Source: the human T2T-CHM13v2.0 reference genome, Homo sapiens. From it: a stretch of DNA of 64,000 bases. Both the position numbers and the translations under genes were made by a program. The notes below the pieces were generated by a model. The model searched no databases. It worked only from the letters and a program-made list of their open reading frames with translations, and had not been told where the DNA came from. The DNA is taken from assembly GCF_009914755.1 (NCBI RefSeq), contig NC_060931.1. One strand, 5' to 3'. Shown piece by piece: positions 1-38,022 of this stretch (position 1 is the first letter of the stretch; each line of letters opens with the position of its first letter).

Positions 1-55
1 CACCCAATGGACAGGGCATACAGACAGGATAGTGGAGGCGTTGAGACCTGCTTGA

Positions 56-61
56 TTTATT
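56..61 (-). terminator. IMPDH1: IMPDH1 polyadenylation signal AATAAA
   Basis: TTTATT on the plus strand, ~700 nt after the stop codon. Confidence 0.9.
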
Positions 62-680
62 CCAAGTATTTAATACACAATGACGCAACTGTGATCCCAA
101 GTGTGCAAAGTTAAAGCCTTCGACTGCAGCTGAGGAGAAGGGAGGAATGGTTCACCTGGGGACGGTGGTGAGTCAGGAATGACAGGCAGGCGGCCATGAC
201 CAGGGCAGTCTCCTACCCATGGCCAGGGACAGGGGAGCGGCCTGAGGAGCAGGACCCAAGGGTAGCCCAGGGCCGGGGAAGGGGGCAGAGACCTCCCCTT
301 GGCCTAGGTCAGGAGCTCAGAAGTGCCACATGGCTGAGGGGCAGCGGCCCGGGAAGGGCCAGAGGCAGGGCCAGGAGAGCACCATTTCCTGGGAGGCTAG
401 GGGCAGGGAGGTGCCCTACAGGAGAAGCCAGGAGGGGCCGCCTGCCCCTGGGGTGGGGGCCAGGCTGGAGCAGGCTGCAGCAAGAAAGACCTGAGGCAGG
501 CGCAGGGCCTGAGAGCCTGGCTGGCTGGGCTCGGAGGGGGGCTCCCAGGGCAGCCTGGCCCCGGGAGCAGTCCTGACTCTGCAGGGGATGCCGAGTGAGG
601 GGCAGCAGTCCCCTCAGGACCTCCCCTCCTCTCTGCCTGGAAAGGAGCTGGAGAACCCGTAGTGCAAATCTGTGGACCAC

Positions 681-759
681 TCAGTTATGGAGGGAGGCTG
701 TGCCCAAAAGTGGACACTGGGGTGCATCCCCTCCACCACCTCGGCCTCCACCGCTGTCC

Positions 760-781
<22 letters not shown>
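681..781 (-). CDS. IMPDH1: IMPDH1 last exon, alternative frame after microexon inclusion (FTKSGCTEDSGGGRGGGGDAPQCPLLGTASLHN-stop)
   Basis: Open frame to TGA at 681-683; gives 546 aa from the internal ATG. Confidence 0.9.
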
Positions 782-18190
<17,409 letters not shown>

Positions 18191-18522
18191 AGAGGGATCT
18201 CCACAGCCTGTAATCTGCCAGGGAACGAACAGAACAGACAAGGCTGCGGGCTCCTTAAGGAACAGGACCTAGTCTTGCCTCGTTGTGGAGGTACTTTACC
18301 TTGTTATGTTACCCCGTAACAAGGGAGTGGGGCAGAGCAGTGTACTCAAACTTGTTTGTCCACTTACTAGAAGGCGCACTTTTTCCTACTGTTATCATTG
18401 TGAACGGTGATTGAACACCTAGCAAAAATGGCAAAGAAATGTAAGAGTCCTTGCCCTCAGGCAATTTATTTCAGGAGACAAAGTAGATGAAAATAAACAG
18501 CTGATAATTCTCATGCCATATA

Positions 18523-18953
<431 letters not shown>

Positions 18954-19186
18954 GCATCTGGACTTTTGTCTGACAAGTCTGAGGGAACAAATGGTAAACA
19001 CTGCGTGATTGAGGAGTGCTAAGATGTATTAGGGGTCAGACTTTCAGCAACGATTTCACAAAGGAAGCTGAATTTATGCAACAGTAAGATCTTGGACTTT
19101 ATCCTTCATCGTGCCTCTTCCTATGCACATACACACCCACTCCCCAGAATCAGGATTCTTTTTTTATTTAAGTTTTTTAAAATTTA

Positions 19187-19778
<592 letters not shown>

Positions 19779-20224
19779 AGCTAAAATTAATTCATTGATT
19801 ATATTCAGTGTCCTCTGGTACTTTGTATTCTGTCCCTTTTTTGGTGAGGGGCCCAATAGATTGTGGACTCACCATTTAAAAAATACTACCCTAAAGCCAA
19901 AGGTTTCTGTTTGGAAATAAGCAGATAAGGTACCCATATGTGTTTATAAAGACTCTGAAGGAGAAACTAGTCAAAACCAATCAATTACTCAACAGATGAA
20001 ACTTAGAACTAGCTATAGCCTAAAATTTAAAGGACTGTCTGTAAACATGTTAAACTGCGGAGAAAACCCAAATCCAAATAAAGTTACCAGGACAGTAAGA
20101 ATGACATGAAAGATAACTGTAACATAATTAAATGCATTATAACACAGTGAACAATGTTGTCACATGAAGGCAATGTACTGAAAAAAAAAGGGCCACAGAG
20201 CAAGACTGTCTCAAACAAATAAAC

Positions 20225-22508
<2,284 letters not shown>

Positions 22509-23307
22509 ATATATCAAAGCAGACTAGGGCTAGATTCTGCAATTAGGTGGGCCTTGGTCCAAATCTGGGCTTACTATATAATTACCCAAGTCATGAACTC
22601 TCTCTGAGCCACAGTTTCCTCATCTTTCAAATGGAGCTAATACTGTCTATAAGGTTGTTTTATAATTAACAAGATAACACATGTAAAGTTCTTGGTACAT
22701 AGTAGGCTCTTAATAAACACAAGTAATGATTATTGTAAACTAAGTAAGCTGTATCTAACTTCTATACTTTTGACCCCCAGCTAAATATAATACATAATTT
22801 CTATTATATAGCCATTCAACAAATGTTTATTGGGCACCTCTCATGTGCCAACTAGATGCTGGGAGTATAATGGTGAGCAAGATGTTCATTGTTTTTACTG
22901 TCACGGGCCTTAAAGTCCAGGGGGCTGGGAGACGAGCAGGCAACTAGAAGACAATGTGGGAAGTGCTCTAGCAGAGAAGGACACCCCTCCACACAGCCCA
23001 GACACCCAGGCAACACACAGACAGGGCCAGATGTTCTGAGAAAGAAATGCTTTGGGGCCACTTTAAAAGCTCCTGGAGGTAGGCAGAATATAACACATAA
23101 ATGAACACACATACATAATGAGAGTACTCGAGTAGTGGCTGAGACCTGGCACGCAATACAGAGCAGCTCTGCCTTATCTCCAGAGCTGGTTGGCTACAAA
23201 TGAGATTTGCTAGCAAACTATTCATTAAAGCAATCATATTGTGATGGAATAACCTGAGGGCCTCAGCATTTCATATGAAGGGATTTTACCTACAGTAATG
23301 GCTAAGC

Positions 23308-23499
23308 CAGTAGTTCTCTGTGGGACATTTGGCAATGTCTAGAGGCATTGTTTATTGTTATGACTAAGGGGAGAAAGGGTGTATTCACGGCATCTAGTGG
23401 GTAGAGGCCAGGGATGCTGCTAAATATCCTACAATGGCTTTTCACAATAAATAATTATTTGACCCCAAATATCAATAGTGCTGAGATTGAGAGCTTCTG
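23308..23499. mobile_element. MER20-like hAT MITE
   Basis: gggacatttggcaatgtct...gtagaggccagggatgctgctaaa. Confidence 0.78.
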
Positions 23500-23533
23500 G
23501 TCTAGAGGAACTACTAGACAAAAGCTAGAACTA

Positions 23534-23811
23534 GACCGGTGCAGTGGCTCATGCCTGTAATCCCAGTTCTTTGGGAGGCCAAGACAAGCGAATCACATGA
23601 GGTCAGGAGTTTGAAACCAGCCTAGCCAACATGGTTAAACCCCATCTCTACTAAAAATACAAAAATTAGCCAGGCATGGTGGCACACACCTGTAATCCTA
23701 GCTACTCAGGAGGCTAAGGTGGAGGATTGCTTGAACATGGAAAGTGGAGGCAGCAGTGAGCTAAGACTGCACCACTGCACTCCAGCCTGGGTGACAGAGC
23801 GAGACTGTCTG

Positions 23812-23846
<35 letters not shown>

Positions 23847-24345
23847 GAACTAAAGCAAACTATTTAATCTTCTAAAGGCATGAGGACAATAGACTGTTTC
23901 AATCTTTTGTACATGAAAGAGCTATGTATCCTCACTGGGCCTCAGTTTCCTAATCTGAGAAATGAGATTCTTGGATTAAATAATGTAGAAAGTTCTTTCC
24001 AGCTGGAAAAAATATATGAGTCGAATATACTTATAGGATTAGAATGCAGGCCGGGCATGGTGGCTCACGCCTGTAATCCCAGCACCGTGGGAGGCCAAGG
24101 TGGGAGTATCACTTCAGCTCAGGGGTTCAAGACCAGCCTGGGCAACATAGCAAAACCCCATCTCTACAAAAAATACAAAAATTAGCTGGGCATGGTGGCG
24201 CACCCTGTGGTCACAGCTACTCAGGAGCCTGAGCGGGAGGATCACTTGAGCCTGGGAGGTTGAGGCTGCAGTGAGCTGAGACTGCACCACTGTACTCCAG
24301 CCTGGGCGACAGAGTGAGACCCTGTCTCAAACAAACAAACAAAAA
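23534..24345 (+). mobile_element. Two Alus (23534-23843, 24049-24345)
   Basis: Alu consensus. Confidence 0.9.
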
Positions 24346-25281
24346 ATCAATTAACATGGGCTACAAGATTGAGGGGGTGATAGTCAGGTCAGTCCAAGTG
24401 CTAGTCTGTCTGCACTCCCTCACCTTCCAGACTTCCTGGAGTCAAGAGCTGAGTCCTTTCATCAAAAATGCTCCTGTATGGAGCTCCCACTATGGGCAAG
24501 GCACTGTGCTAGGTGTTAGAGGAGTGCAAAGAATGAGGGGGATGGAAAAAGCAAGGATAGCTATGAGACCAACACTAATGGTAGAAAGAAGACCAATGTC
24601 AATTGAGTATGTGTCAGACACAAGGAGAGGCACTTGGCATACTTTCCTCATTAATCCTCACTGCATTTTATTATTTATGTCTATTTCTCAGGCAAGGAAA
24701 CTGAAGCTCAGGAAGCTTAAGCAGGTTTTCCACAGTCAGACAACGATGATTGGTGGAGGCCAGGTAAGACCCCCGGACTGTTTGCTCCAACTCGTGAGTC
24801 TTTTCTAACTTCTACTGCCTAGGCAGTGCCAAAAGAGGGCACAAAGGGCTCTTATGGTCAAAAGGAGGGAGATAGCCCAACCTGGAGAGAAAACAAGAGA
24901 GATTTCCTGGGCAGGTAGACACGCTAATCATTCTTTTAAATACCTTCTTACTAACTCTCCTCTTCCAGCGTACAGAACCTAACACATCAGCAGATAATCT
25001 AAAACAAATCACAGCCCATTGCAGTGGCCTTCCAAGGATGGTTCCAATTATTTTGTGATTCAGAGTTCAATCTGAGTAAATAGCACTTGAAATAAGTGGG
25101 TTTTAGCTTGGAAATATTTTTGTTGTATATTACACTTATTGTAACGGAATTTCTGCAGTAGACATAGCAAAATTCCTTGCTAACAATTGTTCCCCACAAT
25201 CTGATTGTGGGAAGACAGTGAACTAATGTTTTAGAAACAAATATGAATGTCTCCATCTCATATAGTATAACTTAGGCCTAA

Positions 25282-25787
<506 letters not shown>

Positions 25788-25926
25788 CTACTTGCACTTT
25801 TAATGCTTGAAAAGAGTATACTGATTTGTTTAACAGATAATTACGGAGCATATGACATGTATAGTGTGCTAGGCACATGAGGGCATACAAAGAAATCTGG
25901 CCAGGCAAATGAAACATTAAAAGCTA

Positions 25927-26236
<310 letters not shown>

Positions 26237-26262
26237 GCTAAATAGCTAAATAACAATATAAA

Positions 26263-26462
26263 GTAATGATTCTCAGCTGGGGGTCATTTTTCCCCCAGGA
26301 TTTATTTGGCCGTGTCTGAAGACATTTTTGGTTGTCACAACTGGAGGGGTGCTGGCAGCATCTAATGGTGCTGCTGAACATCCTACAATGCACTGGGTGA
26401 CACCCTACAACAAAGAATGATCTAGCTCAAAATGCCAATGGTGCTGAGGTTGAGAAATCCTG
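26263..26462. mobile_element. MER20-like hAT MITE
   Basis: gacatttttggttgtcacaactgg...gtgctgaggttgagaaatcctg. Confidence 0.78.
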
Positions 26463-27885
26463 ACATAAGAATTACATGCTCATTGAGTAGTGCCAACTCT
26501 TGAGTGTTATAGAAGTTGAAAGCAGAAACCCAACACTATCAACTGGAGTAGTCAGGCAAGGTTTTATAGAGAAGAAAGGATTGGACTGTGTTTGAAGAAG
26601 AGCTAGGATTTAGGAAGGGAGAGGGCCCAGAGAGAACAGTCCAAGGAGGGAACATGGACAGAGTGCTGGAGGGGAGTGAGCTGGGAGGTTTCTGGGAGCA
26701 GTGAGCAGGCCGTCCTGGATGGAGCATTCTCTCCACTCCACAGCCTGAGGGGTGGGTCAGCAGGTGACATTATCTCCACATGACAGATGAGGAAACCAAG
26801 TCACAGAAAGCTTGAGAGAGCATCCTGTGATTGTCTCTGAGCTAGAGCTAGAGGCCAGTCCACCTGTTGCCCAGGCCCAGACCTTTCCCCAGTATAATCT
26901 ACTTCACCTGAGCTTTGAGCCCACCCTGTGCTGATACCAGCCACCAGGAGCCAAATGAAACCGTCAGGGGCATTGCCCAGACAAAGGCTTTCTTCTACCC
27001 CAAATCCAGCAATCCTACTCTGGAACCTCAGTGTCTGTTTATTTGAAAGGATATCCTGTAGAAACTCCAGCACACACACACACATACAGAGGCAGGTAGA
27101 AAATGGAATCATGTTCCGAAGAGCACAGACACACAGTATGGAATACCAGTTAAGAAGAGAATCTGCTGGTACAGAAGCCACGGAACAGCTTCTGGCCGGT
27201 GAGGCACAGTCACTGTGAATGGAGATGCCAGCAAGCGTGGGAGAGTGGGGGAAAGGAGGAGCGGGAGCAGATGGGTGTTCAGCATTGCCAGAGCAGGAGC
27301 AATGGGGAGAAACCTCACTGGGTGGAGTGAAGGGGTAACTGGGAACTTCCCACTCAGACACTCCGAGGAGACAGAAGAGCAAAGGCCTGTGCGCATCTGA
27401 GGAGGGAGCAGTCAAGGTCCCTAGGGAATTCTTATACAACCTCAGTTCCTGAGGGTCTGTTTTGACTGCCAGGGGTCCCTCTTCTCCATTCTACATTTAG
27501 GGACCCCAAGGTAAAGCAGCCTGGAGCATAGTCAGAAAGGGTGGAAAGGAGAATGAAAGGCAGAATAAAAGAACAAGTAACTGGAGGTGTTTTAGGCCAG
27601 AAGGGGATGGGATTTGGGGAAAGAAAGAAGTGGATTGCCAGGGGCTGCCCTGACTCCTGTGCCAAACATTGAAGAGCTGGGTGAAGTCAGTGGAGAAGGT
27701 GCAGCTGCGAAGAGACATGCAGGAGGTGGAGCCCCAAACCTGGGCCTGTCTTCCCACACCTGCCAGCCACCCATGTCCAGGGGATGGGGGTTCATGGGAG
27801 CAAGCAGGGACCGAGGCACCAGTGCTATGACTCTTCTCCCTCACCCCTCCTCATCCCAGCAGCCCTGGCCTCTAGGGCTGAAATA

Positions 27886-28407
<522 letters not shown>

Positions 28408-29856
28408 TAATCCAAAAGCCTGGCTGTGTTTCATCCAGCTAGGCATGCTTTTCAATCTCCAGTGAGGATGAAGTTGGGGTTATGAAGAGCTGGTGCAGTG
28501 GTGGAGATCTCCAATCCAGGAAACATCTAGGCCGAGGCTATGGCAGTTCCTCCCACCTGTGCCCACAGCTGCTTCTGCCCTGGATCCCCACCAAGACACC
28601 CTTTCCCTCACCCCCAGGGAAACAGGGGGCACCAAGAGTGTGTCTTTAAGGATAGTGTGCTCACCCTCCCTCGCTTTCATTTTCAACCATTTCCTAACCT
28701 GGCCTCATAAGAAAAATGTAAGCAATGTGCAGACTGCACATTTCTCTTGCCTGAGAGGCCCTGACATTATCAGAACCACAACAAACCCTGGCCTTCACAC
28801 CAACCCACTCCTGCCTCCAGCCCAGGGCTTGAAAGCAGAGGGACACAGGGTGCTGGTGCTAATGTGTGGGACCAAGGCAGGCCCCCATCCTGGTCCCTGC
28901 ATTGCCTGGCCTGGAGGAGGTGCTGCTGTGGGTGATTTTCAGTCTGAAGGGTGCAAATGGGTCAGAAGTTGTTCTGGTCCATGTTCAGGAGGGCAATTGG
29001 GCCCCAAGTTCAAAAAGAACCCCACCCTCCCTCCATGTCGCCTAAGTCCCTGCCTCTTGGCAGGTCATAGGGTACAAGCAGGCTGCTGTGTTTTAGAACA
29101 GAGGGCAGGGGGCAGGGAGGTGGAACGGGGCTTCCTTCTCAAGGTGGGAGAGAGGGAGGAGAAGGGTAGGGTCCCAGCCACATGACAGGTAGTCACAGGC
29201 CCACCTCATTCCCCCAAGCCTCCCTCCATCCCCAGGCATAGCCTCCCACTTGCCTGATCAGTCCAAGGGCACATCTGAAAGTGACACCTCCCCACCCTAC
29301 TTCCAGGCCTTGAGACCTTGTTGGTTCCCACAGCTGTTCTATCTCCCTCCTGCCCAACCTACTCCCTCCCAGGAGCCAATACCTGGAGAGGAATTCCCTG
29401 TGCTCCTGTTTCCACCCCTCGGTCCTCAGGGTGGCTGTGGGTGTGAGTGGGTGCCAAGGGTTTCCTGCCTGGAGACCTGGGTCTCTTGGCTGATCCCCAG
29501 GCCCTCCTGCCCTAGGCCTCCAGCCCCATCTAATTAATTACCTGAGGCCAGGAGCTGTATCCACAGCACTGCCATTCCCCACCCCTCCCCCCACCCCCGC
29601 TCAGGTGCCTCTGCAGCTCAGCCCAGAGCCACCTGTGAAGTGGGGAGGGCAGGCAACACCTCTACCCCCTTGAAGGTACAGAGGTGGGCCTGATGACCCC
29701 AGGCCATGTGAGATCTCATTGGGAGCACAGGAAGCACTCTTCACTGCTCCTTGTCACCCTTCCATTACAAGTCCCATGTGGTTTTTCACCCTATCCCACA
29801 TCAGGGCTGTGGAACCCTTGACATAATCCTACCCTACCTTCCAGGCAGGCCTAAAA

Positions 29857-30074
29857 GTGTATATGTGTGTGGGGGGGGGGGGGATATGGTGTGTGGGGGT
29901 GTGTGTGTCTGTGTTTGTGGTGTGTGGGGGGTGTGTGTGTGTATGTGTGTGGTGTGGTATGTGTGGTGTGTGTAGGGGTGTGTGTGTGTATGTGTGTGTG
30001 GGGTGTGTGTGTGTGTTATGTGGTGTGGTGTGTAGGAGTGTGTGTCTGTATGTGTGTGTAAGTGTGTGTAGGGG

Positions 30075-30102
<28 letters not shown>
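29857..30102. repeat. Degenerate (TG)n/G-rich simple repeat ending in (GA)n
   Basis: Direct reading. Confidence 0.95.
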
Positions 30103-30106
<4 letters not shown>

Positions 30107-30175
30107 ATGGATGCCCTAGGACTTCTTCTCCCTGCATACACTGAAAAAAGAGAAAAGGACTTCGTATCTGCAGTC

Positions 30176-32220
<2,045 letters not shown>

Positions 32221-33247
32221 ATAAAGAGTTGCATTATTACAAAGATTAATCCCATCCAGGATCTTCAACAACCTCTTCACAGTTGCCACAGAAAGCCTTG
32301 GTTGGGTGCAGAGGCCCAGCAACTACACAGGCCCTTCAGCTGTCCTTTCTTCTAGATTCAGGAAGAGCCCACATGGTTTATAAACATAGTTCCCATTAAG
32401 TCCAGCAACAAACAGGCTGGAAATCCAACTCTTATGCCCCTTACTCCATTCCTTGGATTCATATTCTTATTGCAGCCATGCCCTAATTCCACTTCTGGGA
32501 GTAGGTGGCAGGTACCCCCCTGGACCTGAGGTTCATCATGCTGTAGGGCAAATCATGTGGGATGGAGCAGGGAGCTGTGGGAAAAGATATTCCTCCATAG
32601 TCCTGCCTGAGGCTTTGGAGTAGATCCCAGAGAGTCCCTTGGCCAAAGTTATGGGGACTAGCTGAGTGATGTGGTGAATGTCCATGAGCTTGGCAGACAG
32701 AAGCCTGGCTGAAACCCTTAGTTCCTTCCATATTAGCTATATGACCATGGACAGGCATTCTGGGTTGTTTCTTCCTCTGAAAAATGAGGATGATAGTGAC
32801 TTCTGTTAACATGCTATGAGGAACAGCAGTTTATTAATATTAAGTAAACACCTGGCACATAGCAGTTGCTTCATAAAGCTATTATTACCATGATAGTTGA
32901 AGCCAAACAGCTGCCCTGAGAATTTTCATACACACTCTGCAGACATGAGCTCTGGCAGCCTGAGACTTGGTTTCACTTGACCTCGGGCTGTGTTCAGAGT
33001 GAAAGGATGAAGTATTATTGTTAATTCACTAAAACTAGTGTTTTATCTCCTAACTATTGGAATGATTTCATTGTTATTGTTTTCATTACATGTGCACACC
33101 TAACTTGCATGGATGAAATATAAGCCTAGTATGAATACAGATGTCATAATCAAAGACAAAATGGTGATTAAAAAGAAGAAATCTAGAGAAATTGTTTTGC
33201 TAAACTCTCTTACCGAAGAACCTTAAGCACATTAAAAATTAGCTTTA

Positions 33248-33578
<331 letters not shown>

Positions 33579-34015
33579 TTAATTTTAATCTTGAGTTTGT
33601 AATTACTTTGTGTACCATGGTACAGTGGCTAATAAAAATAAGTTAAATCTGTAAACAGTCACATAAACTTTTCCAAAGCAAATTGGCTTGGATGGCTGCA
33701 CCTGAATCCATGTCGGGGGGTGCTGAGACAAGACTGCCCCCTTCTGGGACTCTCCAGTACTGCAGTGACTCCTTGCTCAGGCAGGCTCTTTGCCTTCATT
33801 CACTGGAATGGGGCCCTGGTAGAACCGGGGCCATCCCTTTCTGTCTTCACAGCTGTGGGCCTCTCCATGGTGTTCAGACTGCTAGAGGACAATGGTCTTC
33901 AAGTGTCTTGGGTTTTCAGAAGCCTTTCTGGATCTCTCTTTGAGGAAAGAGGCCGCATCTACTCCTCAACATTGCCTTACATTGGTATAGGCTACCCAGT
34001 TTAAAGAACAGTTTC

Positions 34016-34520
<505 letters not shown>

Positions 34521-34873
34521 CTAATCATAATAAAAATATTACCTTTATTTCCACAATATTCTATTTACTATGTGGTAGGTCAGTGATTTTCAACCTTGCT
34601 GCACACTAAAATCTCCTGGGGTTCTTAAATAACTCTCCTATCTGGGCCCCTCCTCCACCAATTACATTGAATCCGTGGGTGGAGTTCCAGACATCTGTGG
34701 GTTCATTAGCTCCTCCAGGTGTTTCTAATGTACAGCACCAAGTGCCATGTGTGGGGGCTTTATAAACACCTTCTCATTTAAACCTCCTCACAAATCCCAT
34801 CAGCTAGGTATACCAGCCACGTGCTGATAGGATACGTAAATTGCCCAGCTGACCTTAGATAGCCCCTAATACC

Positions 34874-35600
34874 ACAATTCCCAAACTGTTCACTAAGGTG
34901 TTCCAAGTCTCCACAATGGATTCACAGAGATTCCACATGATATTTGAAAAATATCAAGGAAAGTCCAGGTGTGGGGGATCACGCCTGTAATCCCAGCACT
35001 TTGGGGGGCCAAGGCGGGTGGATCACTTGAGGTCAGGAGTTCGAGACCAGCCTGCCAACATGGTGAAACCCCGTCTCTACTAAAAATACAAAAAAAAAAA
35101 TTAGCCAGGTATGCTGGCAGGTGCCTGTAATCCCAGCTACTCAGGAGGGTGAAGCAGGAGAATTGCTTGAACCTGGGAGGCAGAGGTTGTAGTGAGCCGA
35201 GACCGGGCACCAAGGGAACTATTGTGTTAGCTTATGGTAGTTCACCATTTTTACAGTAGATGGCGATGCATTCCTTCTAATGACATAATATCTTTGCAAA
35301 ACTGGATTTTTCAGCCTGAAAATCGGCATGGAATAGGATATCAGTGTGGTGGTGGTCAATCTGATTCCCAAGTTGGGGAAGTAGTACAGTGCCCAATAGG
35401 CATAGCTATCCCATTAGTAAGTAACTGGTAATTTAAGCAAGAAACAATTTTTTTTTCTATTTATGTGCATTATCTTTTTAAATAGCCAAGTTGTTAGGAC
35501 ATAAATACTTATTAAGTTGTTTGGACCTAACAATTTACTTGAAGGTAAATTTGTGGTATTTTTTTTAAAGGCATTGACACACAAAGGGCACCTTCCTAAT
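34874..35600. mobile_element. hAT-Charlie fossil (Charlie7/MER119-like) with a 3'-truncated Alu (34963-35212)
   Basis: taagttgtttggacctaac and atatctttgcaaa...caatctgattcc...cccattagtaagtaa resemble a Charlie 3' region, from memory. Confidence 0.55.
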
Positions 35601-36230
35601 GCCGACGCCACATGACAAAGGGGCAGAAGTAGGATTTGATCAGTCTGACCCGAGCCCAAATATTTAACCATTTCTTTGAACTGCGCTCAATCAGTGATTT
35701 TCTTCTGTGCCCTGTCCTGGATGCCAAACCCTCAGCATTGAGTTAGGGGTCAACCTGGAAATGACAGAGCAGACATAAATTAAACACTACTGTCAAGACC
35801 ATAAGTGAGCACAATGTCCTTTGACAAATTACATAACATCCCTGAATCTCAGTTTCTTCATCTGTAAAGCTGGATGACAAAATTACACTACAGGGTTGTT
35901 GTGAAGATTAAACAAGCTAAAAATCATCAAGTGTCTGGTTTAGAACAGGTACTCTGTTAAGAGTTTATTCTCTCCCTTTCTCCCCTCCTCACTTCCATGA
36001 CAGACCTGAAGACATGAGGGGACACAAGTGTGCAAGTAGGTGTGAAACACACACACACACACACATGCAACCACCAGACTGCCTATACACCATCCTCAGT
36101 CTCAAACATATTGTTAATGCAGATATACTTACATGCATACATACATATATACATACAATCACAACACCTTGGCTGATTAAATAAGCACAAAAACAAATAG
36201 AACAATGAAGCAAATAAAATAAGCTCTTGA

Positions 36231-38022
<1,792 letters not shown>

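Noticed and set aside
196-680. 120+ aa ORFs in the IMPDH1 3' UTR and possible stop readthrough
   Set aside because: GC-rich chance ORFs with no recognisable protein; the stop context TGA-GGA is not a known readthrough motif
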